Below, in pieces: positions 11,436-26,500 of a stretch of 64,000 bases of DNA. The notes under the pieces were generated by a model that was not told the origin of the DNA, ran no database searches, and saw only the letters and a list, made by a program, of their open reading frames with translations. Origin of the DNA: Eledone cirrhosa (taxonomy: Eukaryota); contig OZ024743.1 of assembly GCA_964016885.1 (NCBI GenBank), forward strand, positions 271,498,001 through 271,562,000, written 5' to 3'. Within the stretch, counting starts at the first letter, position 1; every line of letters begins with the position of its first letter. Both the position numbers and the translations under genes were made by a program.

Positions 11436-14400
11436 CTTGATATATAAAGGACTGTATTAACCCATGGCTGAGTGTGAAAGTGGTAAGTATTAGTCTTGAT
11501 ATATAAAGGACTGTATTAACCCATGGCTGGGTGTGAGAGTGGTAAGTATTAGTTCTGATATATAAAGGATGTATTAACACATGGCTGGGTGTGAGAGTGG
11601 TAAGTATTAGTTCTGATATATAAAGGACTGTATTAACCCATGGCTGAGTGTGAGAGTGGTAAGTATTAGTTCTGATATATAAAGGACTGTATTAACCCAT
11701 GGCTGAGTGTGAGAGTGGTAAGTATTAGTGTTGATATATAAAGGACTGTATTAACCCATGGCTGAGTGTGAGACTGGTAAGTATTAGTTCTGATATATAA
11801 AGGACTGTATTAACACATGGCTGAGTGTGAGAGTGGTAAGTATTAGTTCTGATATATAAAGGACTGTATTAACCAATGGCTGAGTATGAGAGTGGTAAGT
11901 ATTAGTCTTGATATACAAAGAACTGTATTAACCCATGGCTGAGTGTGAGAGTGGTAAGTATTAGTCTTGATATATAAAGGACTGTATTAACCCATGGCTG
12001 AGTGTGAGAGTGGTAAGTATTAGTCTTGATATATAAAGGACTGTATTAACCCATGGCTGAGTGTGAGAGTGGTAAGTATTAGTTCTGATATATAAAGGAC
12101 TGTATTAACCCATGGCTGAGTGTGAGAGTGGTAAGTATTAGTCTTGATATATAAAGGACTGTGTTAACACATGGCTGAGTGTGAGAGTGGTAAGTATTAG
12201 TCTTGATATATAAAGGACTGTATTAACCCATGGCTGGGTGTGAGAGCGGTAAGTATAAATCTTGATATATAAAGGACTGTATTAACCCATGGCTGAGTGT
12301 GAGAGTGGTAAGTATTAGTCTTGATATATAAAGGACTGTATTAACCCATGGCTGAGTGTGAAAGTGGTAATTATTAGTCTCGATATATTAAGGACTGTAT
12401 TAACCCATGGCTGAGTGTGAGAGTGGTAAGTATTAGTTCTGATATATAAAGGACTGTATTAACCCATGGCTGGGTGTGAGAGTGGTAAGTATTAGTTCTG
12501 ATATATAAAGGACTGTATTAACCCATGGCTGGGTGTGAGAGTGGTAAGTATTAGTCTTGATATATAAAGGACTGTATTAACCCATGGCTGGGTGTGAGAG
12601 TGGTAAGTATTAGTTCTGATATATAAAGGACTGTATTAACCCATGTCTGAGTGTGAGAGTGGTAAGTATTAGTTATGATATATAAAGGACTGTATTAACC
12701 CATGGCTGGGTGTGAGAGTGGTAAGTATTAGTATTGATATATAAAGGACTGTATTAACCCATGGCTGAGTGTGAGAGTGGTAAGTATTAGTCTTGATATA
12801 TAAAGGACTGTATTAACCCATGGCTGAGTGTGAAAGTGGTAAGTATTAGTCTTGATATATAAAGGACTGTATTAACCCATGGCTGAGTGTGAGAGTGGTA
12901 AGTATTAGTTCTGATATATAAAGGACTGTAATAACCCATGGCTGAGTGTGAGAGTGGTAAGTATTAGTCTTGATATATAAAGGACTGTATTAACCCATGG
13001 CTGAGTGTGAAAGTGGTAAGTATTAGTCTTGATATATAAAGGACTGTATTAACCCATGGCTGAGTGTGAGAGTGGTAAGTATTAGTTCTGATATATAAAG
13101 GACTGTATTAACCCATGGCTGAGTGTGAGAGTGGTAAGTATTAGTTCTGATATATAAAGGACTGTATTAACCCATGGCTGAGTGTGAGAGTGGTAAGTAT
13201 TAGTTCTGATATATAAAGGACTGTATTAACCCATGGCTGAGTGTGAGAGTGGTAAGTATTAGTTCTGATATATAAGGGACTGTATTAACCCATGGCTGAG
13301 TCTGAGAGTGGTAAGTATTAGTTCTGATATATAAGGGACTGTATTAATCCATGGCTGAGTGTGAGAGTGGTAAGTATTAGTTCTGATATATAAAGGACTG
13401 TATTAACCCATGGCTGAGTGTGAGAGTGGTAAGTATTAGTCTTGATATATAAAGGACTGTATTAACCCATGGCTGAGTGTGAAAGTGGTAAGTATTAGTC
13501 TTGATATATAAAGGACTGTATTAACCCATGGCTGAGTGTGAGAGTGGTAAGTATTAGTTCTGATATATAAAGGACTGTAATAACCCATGGCTGAGTGTGA
13601 GAGTGGTAAGTATTAGTCTTGATATATAAAGGACTGTATTAACCCATGGCTGAGTGTGAAAGTGGTAAGTATTAGTCTTGATATATAAAGGACTGTATTA
13701 ACCCATGGCTGAGTGTGAGAGTGGTAAGTATTAGTTCTGATATATAAAGGACTGTATTAACCCATGGCTGAGTGTGAGAGTGGTAAGTATTAGTTCTGAT
13801 ATATAAAGGACTGTATTAACCCATGGCTGAGTGTGAGAGTGGTAAGTATTAGTTCTGATATATAAAGGACTGTATTAACTCATGGCTGAGTGTGAGAGTG
13901 GTAAGTATTAGTTCTGATATATAAGGGACTGTATTAACCCATGGCTGAGTCTGAGAGTGGTAAGTATTAGTTCTGATATATAAGGGACTGTATTAATCCA
14001 TGGCTGAGTGTGAGAGTGGTAAGTATTAGTTCTGATATATAAAGGACTGTATTAACCCATGGCTGAGTGTGAGAGTGGTAAGTATTAGTCTTGATATATA
14101 AAGGACTGTATTAACCCATGGCTGGGTGTGAGAGTGGTAAGTATTAGTTCTGATATATAAAAGACTGTATTAACCAATGGCTGGGTGTGAGAGTGGTAAG
14201 TATTAGTCTTGATATATAAAGGACTGTATTAACCCATGGCTGGGTGTGAGAGTGGTAAGTATTAGTTCTGATATATAAAGGACTGTATTAACCCATGGCT
14301 GGGTGTGAGAGTGGTAAGTATTAGTTCTGATATATAAAGGACTGTATTAACCCATGGCTGAGTGTGAGAGTGGTAAGTATTAGTCTTGATATATAAAGGA

Positions 14401-16837
14401 CTGTATTAACCCATGGCTGAGTGTGAGAGTGGTAAGTATTAGTTCTGATATATAAAGGACTGTATTAACCCATGGCTGAGTGTGAGAGTGGTAAGTATTA
14501 GTCTTGATATATAAAGGACTGTATTAACCCATGGCTGAGTGTGAGAGTGGTAAGTATTAGTTCTGATATAAAAAGGACTGTATTAACCAATGGCTGGGTG
14601 TGAGAGTGGTAAGTATTAGTTCTGATATATAAAGGACCGTATTAACCCATGGCTTGGTGTGAGAGTGGTAAGTATTAGTTCTGATATATAAAGGACTGTA
14701 TTAACCCATGGCTGAGTGTGAGAGTGGTAAGTATTAGTCTTGATATATAAAGGACTGTATTAACCCATGGCTGAGTGTGAAAGTGGTAAGTATTAGTCTT
14801 GATATATAAAGGACTGTATTAACCCATGGCTGAGTGTGAAAGTGGTAAGTATTAGTCTTGATATATAAAGGACTGTATTAACCCATGGCTGGGTGTGAGA
14901 GTGGTAAGTATTAGTTCTGATATATAAAGGATGTATTAACACATGGCTGGGTGTGAGAGTGGTAAGTATTAGTTCTGATATATAAAGGACTGTATTAACC
15001 CATGGCTGAGTGTGAGAGTGGTAAGTATTAGTTCTGATATATAAAGGACTGTATTAACCCATGGCTGAGTGTGAGAGTGGTAAGTATTAGTGTTGATATA
15101 TAAAGGACTGTATTAACCCATGGCTGGGTGTGAGACTGGTAAGTATTAGTTCTGATATATAAAGGACTGTATTAACACATGGCTGAGTGTGAGAGTGGTA
15201 AGTATTAGTTCTGATATATAAAGGACTGTATTAACCAATGGCTGAGTATGAGAGTGGTAAGTATTAGTCTTGATATACAAAGAACTGTATTAACCCATGG
15301 CTGAGTGTGAGAGTGGTAAGTATTAGTCTTGATATATAAAGGACTGTATTAACCCATGGCTGAGTGTGAGAGTGGTAAGTATTAGTCTTGATATATAAAG
15401 GACTGTATTAACCCATGGCTGAGTGTGAGAGTGGTAAGTATTAGTTCTGATATATAAAGGACTGTATTAACCCATGGCTGAGTGTGAGAGTGGTAAGTAT
15501 TAGTCTTGATATATAAAGGACTGTGTTAACACATGGCTGAGTGTGAGAGTGGTAAGTATTAGTCTTGATATATAAAGGACTGTATTAACCCATGGCTGGG
15601 TGTGAGAGCGGTAAGTATTAGTCTTGATATATAAAGGACTGTATTAACCCATGGCTGAGTGTGAGAGTGGTAAGTATTAGTCTTGATATATAAAGGACTG
15701 TATTAACCCATGGCTGAGTGTGAAAGTGGTAATTATTAGTCTCGATATATTAAGGACTGTATTAACCCATGGCTGAGTGTGAGAGTGGTAAGTATTAGTT
15801 CTGATATATAAAGGACTGTATTAACCCATGGCTGGGTGTGAGAGTGGTAAGTATTAGTTCTGATATATAAAGGACTGTATTAACCCATGGCTGGGTGTGA
15901 GAGTGGTAAGTATTAGTCTTGATATATAAAGGACTGTATTAACCCATGGATGGGTGTGAGAGTGGTAAGTATTAGTTCTGATATATAAAGGACTGTATTA
16001 ACCCATGTCTGAGTGTGAGAGTTGTAAGTATTAGTTATGATATATAAAGGACTGTATTAACCCATGGCTGGGTGTGAGAGTGGTAAGTATTAGTATTGAT
16101 ATATAAAGGACTGTATTAACCCATGGCTGAGTGTGAGAGTGGTAAGTATTAGTCTTGATATATAAAGGACTGTATTAACCCATGGCTGAGTGTGAAAGTG
16201 GTAAGTATTAGTCTTGATATATAAAGGACTGTATTAACCCATGGCTGAGTGTGAGAGTGGTAAGTATTAGTTCTGATATATAAAGGACTGTAATAACCCA
16301 TGGCTGAGTGTGAGAGTGGTAAGTATTAGTCTTGATATATAAAGGACTGTATTAACCCATGGCTGAGTGTGAAAGTGGTAAGTATTAGTCTTGATATATA
16401 AAGGACTGTATTAACCCATGGCTGAGTGTGAGAGTGGTAAGTATTAGTTCTGATATATAAAGGACTGTATTAACCCATGGCTGAGTGTGAGAGTGGTAAG
16501 TATTAGTTCTGATATATAAAGGACTGTATTAACCCATGGCTGAGTGTGAGAGTGGTAAGTATTAGTTCTGATATATAAAGGACTGTATTAACCCATGGCT
16601 GAGTGTGAGAGTGGTAAGTATTAGTTCTGATATATAAGGGACTGTATTAACCCATGGTTGAGTCTGAGAGTGGTAAGTATTAGTTCTGATATATAAGGGA
16701 CTGTATTAACCCATGGCTGAGTGTGAGAGTGGTAAGTATTAGTTCTGATATATAAAGGACTGTATTAACCCATGGCTGAGTGTGAGAGTGGTAAGTATTA
16801 GTCTTGATATATAAAGGACTGTATTAACCCATGGCTG
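11436..16837 (+). repeat. Two copies of a ~2 kb block at a 57-monomer (3,362 bp) spacing
   Basis: The 1-bp deletion ggatgtatt is at 11567/14929, atatacaaagaact at 11911/15273, gtctcgatatatt at 12377/15739 and ataaccc at 12931/16293. All are offset by 3,362 = 57x59-1. Confidence 0.88.
12736..14124 (+). repeat. 11-monomer (649 bp) tandem duplication nested in the 57-mer
   Basis: ataaccc at 12931/13580 and tataagggac at 13271/13920. The gagtctgag and taatccat variants are also offset by 649 = 11x59. Confidence 0.87.
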
Positions 16838-19800
16838 GGTCTGAGAGTGGTAAGTATTAGTCTTGATATATAAAGGACTGTATTAACCCATGGCTGGGTG
16901 TGAGAGTGGTAATTATTAGTTCTGATATATAAAGGACTGTATTAACCCATGGCTGAGTGTGAGAGTGGTAAATAATAGTCTTGATATATAAAGGACTGTA
17001 TTAACCAATGGCTGGGTCTGAGAGTGGTAAGTATTAGTCTTGATATATAAAGGACTGTATTAACCAATGGCTGGGTGTGAGAGTGGTAAGTATTAGTCTT
17101 GATATATAAAGGACTGTATTAACCCAAGGCTGAGTGTGAGAGTGGTAAGTATTAGTTCTGATATATAAAGGACTGTATTAACCCATGGATGAGTGTGAGA
17201 GTGGTAAGTATTAGTTCTGATACATAAAGGACTGTATTAACCCATGGTTGAGTGTGAGAGTGGTAAGTATTAGTCTTGATATATAAAGGACTGTATTAAC
17301 CCATGGCTGAGTGTGAGAGTGGTAAGTATTAGTCTTGATATATAAAGGACTGTATTAACCCATGGCTGAGTGTGAGAGTGGTAAGTATTAGTCTTGATAT
17401 ATAAAGGACTGTATTAACCAATGGCTGGGTGTGAGAGTGGTAAGTATTAGTTCTGATATATAAAGGACTGTATTAACCCATGGCTGGGTGTGAGAGTGGT
17501 AAGTATTAGTTCTGATATATAAAGGACTGTATTAACCCATGGCTGGGTCTGAGAGTGGTAAGTATTAGTCTTGATATATAAAGGACTGTATTAACCCATG
17601 GCTGAGTGTGAGAGTGGTAAGTATTAGTCTTGATATATAAAGGACTGTATTAACCCATGGCTGAGTGTGAGAGTGGTAAGCATTAGTCTTGATATATAAA
17701 GGACTGTATTAACCCATGGCTGAGTGTTAAAGTGGTAAGTATTAGTCTTGATATATAAAGGACTGTATTAACCCATGGCTGAGTGTGAGAGTGGTAAGTA
17801 TTAGTTCTGATATATAAAGGACTGTATTAACCCTAGGCTGGGTGTGAGAGTGGTAAGTATTAGTTCTGATATATAAAGGACTTTATTAACCCATGGCTGG
17901 GTGTGAGAGTGGTAAGTATTAGTTATGATATATAAAGGACTGTATTAACCCATGGCTGGGTGTGAGAGTGGTAAGTATTAGTTCTGATATATAAAGGACT
18001 GTATTAACCCATGGCTGGGTGTGAGAGTGGTAAGTATTAGTCTTGATATATAAAGGACTGTATTAACTCATGGCTGAGTGTGAGAGTGGTAAGTATTAGT
18101 CTTGATATATAAAGGACTGTATTAACCCATGGCTGGGTGTGAGGGTGGTAAGTATTAGTCTTGATATATAAAGGACTGTATTAACCAATGGCTGGGTGTG
18201 AGAGTGGGAAGTATTAGTTCTGATATATAAAGGACTGTATTAACCCATGGCTGAGTGTGAGAGTGGTAAGTATTAGTTCTGATATATAAAGGACTGTATT
18301 AACCCATGGCTGTGTGTGAGAGTGGTAAGTATTAGTCTTGATATAAAAAGGACTGTATTAACCCATGGCTGAGTGTGAGACTGGTAAGTATTAGTTCTGA
18401 TATATAAAGGACTGTATTAACCCATGGATGAGTGTGAGAGTGGTAAGTATTATTCTTGATATATAAAGGACTGTATTAACCCATGGCTGAGTGTGAGAGT
18501 GGTAAGTATTAGTTCTGATATATAAAGGACTGTATTAACCCATGGCTGAGTGTGAGAGTGGTAAGTATTATTTCTTTTATATAAAGGACTGTATTAACCC
18601 ATGACTGGGTGTGAGAGTGGTAAGTATTAGTCTTGATATATAAAGGACCGTATTAACCCATGGCTGAGTGTGAGAGTGGTAAGTATTAGTCTTGATATAT
18701 AAAGGACTGTATTAACCCATGGCTGAGTGTGAGAGTGGTAAGTATTAGTTCTGATATATAAAGGACTGTATTAACCAATGGCTGGGTGTGAGAGTGGTAA
18801 GTATTAGTTCTGATATATAAAGGACTGTATTAACCCATGGATGGGTGTGAGAGTGGTAAGTATTAGTCTTGATATATAAAGGACTGTATTAACCCATGGC
18901 TGGGTGTGAGAGCGGTAAGTATTAGTCTTGATATATAAAGGACTGTATTAACCCATGGCTGAGTGTGAGAGTGGTAAGCATTAGTCTTGATATATAAAGG
19001 ACTGTATTAACCCATGGCTGAGTGTGAAAGTGGTAATTATTAGTCTTGCTATATAAAAGACTGTATTAACCCATGGCTGAGTGTGAGAGTGGTATGTATT
19101 AGTTCTGATATATAAAGGACTCTATTAACCCATGGCAGAGTGTGAGAGTGGTAAGTATTAGTTCTGATATATAAAGGACTGTATTAACCCATGGCTGGGT
19201 GTGAGAGTGGTAAGTATTAGTTCTGATATATAAAGGACTGTATTAACCCATGGTTGAGTGTGAGAGTGGTAAGTATTAGTTCTGATATATAAAGGACTGT
19301 ATTAACCCATGGCTGGGTGTGAGAGTGTTAACTATTAGTTCTGATATATAAAGGACTGTATTAACCCATGGCTGGGTGTGAGAGTGGTAAGTATTAGTTC
19401 TGATATATAAAGGACTGTATTAACCAATGGCTGGGTGTGAGAGTGGTAAGTATTAGTCTTGATATATAAAGGACTGTATTAACCCATGGCTGAGTGTGAG
19501 AGTGGTAACTATTAGTCTTGATATATAAAGGACTGTATTAACCCATAGCTGAGTGTGAGAGTGGTAAGTATTAGTTCTGATATATAAAGGACTGTATTAA
19601 CCCATGGCTGAGTGTGAGAGTGTTAAGTATTAGTCTTGATATATAGAGGACTGTATTAACCAATGGCTTGGGTGTGAGAGTGGTAAGTATTAGTTCTGAT
19701 ATATAAAGGACTGTATTAACCCATGGCTGAGTGTGAGTGTGGTAAGTATTAGTCTTGATATATAAAGGACTGTATTAACCCATGGTTGAGTGTGAGAGTG

Positions 19801-21852
19801 GTAAGTATTAGTTCTGATATATAAAGGACTGTATTAACCCACGGCTGAGTGTGAGAGTGGTAAGTATTAGTTCTGATATATAAAGGACTGTATTAACCCA
19901 TGGCTGAGTGTGAGAGTGGTAAGTATTAGTTCTGATATATAAAGGACTGTATTAACCCATGGCTGAGTGTGAGAGTGGTAAGTATTAGTTCTGATATATA
20001 AAGGACTGTATTAACCCACGAGTGTGAGAGTGGTAAGTATTAGTGCTGATATATAAAGGACTGTATTAACTCATGGCTGAGTGTGAGAGTGGTAAGTATT
20101 AGTTCTGATATATAAAGGAATGTATTAACCCATGGCTGAGTGTGAGAGTGGTAAGTATTGGTTCTGATATATAAAGGACTGTATTAACCCATGGCTGAGT
20201 GTGAGAGTGGTAAGTATTAGTTCTGATATATAAAGGACTGTATTAACCCATGGCTGGGTGTGAGAGTGGTAAGTATTAGTCTTGATATATAAAGGACTGT
20301 ATTAACCGATGGCTGAGTGTGAGAGTGGTAAGTATTATTCTTGATATATAAAGGAGTGTATTAACCAATGGCTGAGTGTGAGAGTGGTAAGTATTAGTCT
20401 TGATATATAAAGGACTGTATTAACACATGGCTGAGTGTGAGAGTGGTAAGTATTAGTCTTGATATATAAAGGACTGTATTAACCCATGGCTGAGTGTGAG
20501 AGTGGTAAGTATTAGTTCTGATATATAAAGGACTGTATTAACCAATGGCTGAGTGTGAGAGTGGTAAGTATTAGTTCTGATATATAAAGGACTGTATTAA
20601 CCTATGGCTGAGTGTGAAAGTGGTAATTATTAGTCTTGATATATAAAGGACTGTATTAACCCATGGCTGAGTGTGAGAGTGGTAAGTATTAGTTCTGATA
20701 TATAAAGAACTGTATTAACCCATGCCAGAGTGTAAGAGTGGTAAGTATTAGTTCTGATATATAAAGGACTGTATTAACCCATGGCTAGGTGTGAGAGTGG
20801 TAAGTATTAGTTCTGATATATAAAGGACTGTATTAACCCATGGCTGGGTGTGAGAGTGGTAAGTATTAGTCTTGATATATAAAGGACTGTATTAACCCAT
20901 GGCTGAGTGTGAGAGTGGTAAGTATTAGTTCTGATATATAAAGGACTGTATTAACCAATGGCTGAGTGTGAGAGTGGTAAGTATTAGTCTTGATATATAA
21001 AGGACTGTATTAACCAATGACTTGGGTGTGAGAGTGGTAAGTATTAGTTCTCATATATAAAGGACTGTATTAACCCATGGCTGGGTGTGAGAGTGGTAAG
21101 TATTAGTCTTGATATATAAAGGACTGTATTAACCCATGGCTGAGTGTGAGAGTGGTAAGTATTAGTCTTGATATATAAAGGACTGTATTAACCCATGGCT
21201 GGGTGTGAGAGTGGTAAGTATTAGTCTTGATATATAAAGGACTGTATTAACCCATGGCTGAGTGTAGGAGTGGGAAGTATTAGTCTTGATATATAAAGGA
21301 TTGTATTAACCCATGGCTGGGTGTGAGAGTGCTAAGTATTATTCTTGATATATAAAGGACTGTATTAACCCATGGCTGAGTGTGAGAGTGGTAAGTATTA
21401 GTTCTGATATATAAAGGACTGTATTAACCCATGGCTGAGTGTGAGAGTGGTAAGTATTAGTCTTGATATATAAAGGATTGTATTAACCCATGGCTGAGTG
21501 TGAGAGTGGTAAGTATTAGTTCTGATATATAAAGGACTGTATTAACCCATGGCTGAGTGTGAGAGTGGTAAGTATTAGTTCTGATATTTAAAGGACTGTA
21601 TTAACCCATGGCTGAGTGTGAGAGTGGTAAGTATTAGTTCTGATATATAAAGGACTGTATTAACCCATGGATGAGTGTGAGAGTGGTAAGTATTATTCTT
21701 GATATATAAAGGACTGTATTAACCCATGGCTGAGTGTGAGAGTGGTAAGTATTAGTTCTGATATATAAAGGACTGTATTAACCCATGGCTGAGTGTGAGA
21801 GTGGTAAGTATTATTTTATTTTATATAAAGGACTGTATTAACCCATGGCTGG

Positions 21853-23503
21853 GTGTGAGAGTGGTAAGTATTAGTCTTGATATTTAAAGGACTGTATTAA
21901 CCCATGGCTGAGTGTGAGAGTGGTAAGTATTTGTCTTGATATATAAAGGACTGTATTGACCAATGGCTGAGTGTGAGAGTGGTAAGTATTAGTCTTGATA
22001 TATAAAGGACCGTATTAACCCATGGCTGAGTGTGAGAGTGGTAAGTATTAGTCTTGATATATAAAGGACTGTATTAACCCATGGCTGAGTGTGAGAGTGG
22101 TAAGTATTAGTTCTGATATATAAAGGACTGTATTAACCAATGGCTGGGTGTGAGAGTGGTAAGTATTAGTTCTGATATATAAAGGACTGTATTAACCCAT
22201 GGATGGGTGTGAGAGTGGTAAGTATTAGTCTTGATATATAAAGGACTGTATTATCCCATGGCTGGGTGTGAGAGCGGTAAGTATTAGTCTTGATATATAA
22301 AGGACTGTATTAACCCATGGCTGAGTGTGAGAGTGGTAAGCATTAGTCTTGATATATAAAGGACTCTATTAACCCATGGCAGAGTGTGAGAGTGGTAAGT
22401 ATTAGTTCTGATATATAAAGGACTGTATTAACCCATGGCTGGGTGTGAGAGTGGTAAGTATTAGTTCTGATATATAAAGGACTGTATTAAACCATGGTTG
22501 GGTGTGAGAGTGGTAAGTATTAGTTCTGATATATAAAGGACTGTATTAACCCATGGCTGGGTGTGAGAGTGATAACTATTAGTTCTGATATATAAAGGAC
22601 TGTATTAACCCATGGCTGGGTGTGAGAGTGGTAAGTATTAGTTCTGATATATAAAGGACTGTATTAACCCATGGCTGGGTGTGAGAGTGGTAAGTATTAG
22701 TCTTGATATATAAAGGACTGTATTAACCCATGGCTGAGTGTGAGAGTGGTAAGTATTAGTTCTGATATATAAAGGACTGTATTAACCCATGGCTGAGTGT
22801 GAGAGTGGTAAGTATTAGTTCTGATATATAAAGGACTGTATTAACCCATGGCTGAGTGTGAGAGTGGTAAGTATTAGTTCTGATATATAAAGGACTGTAT
22901 TAACCCATGGCTGAGTGTGAGAGTGGTAAGTATTAGTCTTGATATTTAAAGGACTGTATTAACCCATGGCTGAGTGTGAGAGTGGTAAGTATTTGTCTTG
23001 ATATATAAAGGACTGTATTGACCAATGGCTGAGTGTGAGAGTGGTAAGTATTAGTCTTGATATATAAAGGACCGTATTAACCCATGGCTGAGTGTGAGAG
23101 TGGTAAGTATTAGTCTTGATATATAAAGGACTGTATTAACCCATGGCTGAGTGTGAGAGTGGTAAGTATTAGTTCTGATATATAAAGGACTGTATTAACC
23201 AATGGCTGGGTGTGAGAGTGGTAAGTATTAGTTCTGATATATAAAGGACTGTATTAACCCATGGATGGGTGTGAGAGTGGTAAGTATTAGTCTTGATATA
23301 TAAAGGACTGTATTAACCCATGGCTGGGTGTGAGAGCGGTAAGTATTAGTCTTGATATATAAAGGACTGTATTAACCCATGGCTGAGTGTGAGAGTGGTA
23401 AGCATTAGTCTTGATATATAAAGGACTCTATTAACCCATGGCAGAGTGTGAGAGTGGTAAGTATTAGTTCTGATATATAAAGGACTGTATTAACCCATGG
23501 CTG
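21853..23503 (+). repeat. ~10-monomer block repeated at an 18-monomer (1,062 bp) spacing
   Basis: tatttaaagg at 21881/22943, followed in both copies by atttgtc/ttgaccaat, gaccgt, ggatggg, gagcgg and aagcatt/gactct. Confidence 0.8.
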
Positions 23504-26500
23504 AGTGTGAGAGTGGTAAGTATTAGTTCTGATATATAAAGGACTGTATTAACCCACGAGTGTGAGAGTGGTAAGTATTACTTCTGATATATAAAGGACT
23601 GTATTAACCCATGGCAGAGTGTAAGAGTGGTAAGTATTAGTTCTGATATATAAAGGACTGTATTAACCCATGGCTAGGTGTGAGAGTGGTAAGTATTAGT
23701 TCTGATATATAAAGCACTGTATTAACCCATGGCTGGGTGTGAGAGTGGTAAGTATTAGTCTTGATATATAAAGGACTGTATTAACCCATGGCAGAGTGTG
23801 AGAGTGGTAAGTATTAGTTCTGATATATAAAGGACTGTATTAAACCATGGTTGGGTGTGAGAGTGGTAAGTATTAGTTCTGATATATAAAGGACTGTATT
23901 AACCCATGGCTGGGTGTGAGAGTGTTAACTATTAGTTCTGATATATAAAGGACTGTATTAACCCATGGCTGGGTGTGAGAGTGGTAAGTATTAGTTCTGA
24001 TATATAAAGGACTGTATTAACCCATGGCTGGGTGTGAGAGTGGTAAGTATTAGTCTTGATATATAAAGGACTGTATTAACCCATGGCTGAGTGTGAGAGT
24101 GGTAAGTATTAGTTCTGATATATAAAGGACTGTATTAACCCATGGCTGAGTGTGAGAGTGGTAAGTATTAGTTCTGATATATAAAGGACTGTATTAACCC
24201 ATGGCTGAGTGTGAGAGTGGTAAGTATTAGTTCTGATATATAAAGGACTGTATTAACCCATGGCTGAGTGTGAGAGTGGTAAGTATTAGTTCTGATATAT
24301 AAAGGACTGTATTAACCCACGAGTGTGAGAGTGGTAAGTATTACTTCTGATATATAAAGGACTGTATTAACCCATGGCAGAGTGTAAGAGTGGTAAGTAT
24401 TAGTTCTGATATATAAAGGACTGTATTAACCCATGGCTAGGTGTGAGAGTGGTAAGTATTAGTTCTGATATATAAAGCACTGTATTAACCCATGGCTGGG
24501 TGTGAGAGTGGTAAGTATTAGTCTTGATATATAAAGGACTGTATTAACCCATGGCAGAGTGTGAGAGTGGTAAGTATTAGTCTTGATATATAAAGGACTG
24601 TATTAACCCATGGCTGGGTGTGAGAGTGGTAAGTATTAGTCTTGATATATAAAGGACTGTATTAACCCATGGCTAGGTGTGAGAGTGGTAAGTATTAGTT
24701 CTGATATATAAAGGACTGTATTAACCCATGGCTGAGTGTGAGAGTGGTAAGTATTAGTTCTGATATATAAAGGACTGTATTAACCAATGGCTGGGTGTGA
24801 GAGTGGTAAGTATTAGTTCTGATATATAAAGGACTGTATTAACCCATGGATGGGTGAGAGAGTGGTAAGTATTAGTCTTGATATATAAAGGACTGTATTA
24901 ACCCATGGCTGGGTGTGAGAGCGGTAAGTATTAGTCTTGATATATAAAGGACTGTATTAACCCATGGCTGACTGTGAGAGTGGTAAGCATTAGTCTTGAT
25001 ATATAAAGGACTGTATTAACCCATGGCTGAGTGTGAAAGTGGTAATTATTAGTCTTGCTATATAAAAGACTGTATTAACCCATGGCTGAGTGTGAGAGTG
25101 GTATGTATTAGTTCTGATATATAAAGGACTCTATTAACCCATGGCAGAGTGTGAGAGTGGTAAGTATTAGTTCTGATATATAAAGGACTGTATTAACCCA
25201 TGGCTGGGTGTGAGAGTGGTAAGTATTAGTTCTGATATATAAAGGACTGTATTAACCCATGGTTGGGTGTGAGAGAGGTAAGTATTAGTTCTGATATATA
25301 AAGGACTGTATTAACCCATGGCTGGGTGTGAGAGTGTTAACTATTAGTTCTGATATATAAAGGACTGTATTAACCCATGGCTGGGTGTGAGAGTGGTAAG
25401 TATTAGTTCTGATATATAAAGGACTGTATTAACCCATGGCTGGGTGTGAGAGTGGTAAGTATTAGTCTTGATATATAAAGGACTGTATTAACCCATGGCT
25501 GAGTGTGAGAGTGGTAAGTATTAGTCTTGATATATAAAGGACTGTATTAACCCATGGCTGAGTGTGAGAGTGGTAAGTATTAGTTCTGATATATAAAGGA
25601 CTGTATTAACCCATGGCTGGGTGTGAGAGTGGTAAGTATTAGTCTTGATATATAAAGGACTGTATTAACCCATGGTTGAGTGTGAGAGTGGTATGTATTA
25701 GTTCTGATATATGAAGGACTGTATTAACCATCGGCTGAGTGTGAGAGTGGTAAGTATTAGTTCTGATATATAAAGGACTGTATTAACCCATGGCTGAGTG
25801 TGAGAGTGGTAAGTATTAGTTCTGATATATAAAGGACTGTATTAACTCATGGCTGAGTGTGAGAGTGGTAAGTATTAGTTCTGATATATAAAGGACTGTA
25901 TTAACCCATGGCTGAGTGTGAGAGTGGTAAGTATTGGTTCTGATATATAAAGGACTGTATTAACCCATGGCTGAGTGTGAGAGTGGTAAGTATTAGTTCT
26001 GATATATAAAGGACTGTATTAACCCATGGCTGGGTGTGAGAGTGGTAAGTATTAGTCTTGATATATAAAGGACTGTATTAACCCATGGCTGAGTGTGAGA
26101 GTGGTAAGTATTAGTCTTGATATATAAAGGAGTGTATTAACCAATGGCTGAGTGTGAGAGTGGTAAGTATTAGTCTTGATGTATAAAGGACTGTATTAAC
26201 ACATGGCTGAGTGTGAGAGTGGTAAGTATTAGTCTTGATATATAAAGGACTGTATTAACCCATGGCTGAGTGTGAGAGTGGTAAGTATTAGTTCTGATAT
26301 ATAAAGGACTGTATTAACCCATGGCTGGGTGTGAGAGTGGTAAGTATTAGTCTTGATATATAAAGCACTGTATTAACCCATGGCTGGGTGTGAGAGCGGT
26401 AAGTATTAGTCTTGATATATAAAGGACTGTATTAACCCATGGCTGAGTGTGAGAGTGGTAAGTATTAGTCTTGATATATAAAGGACTGTATTAACCCATG

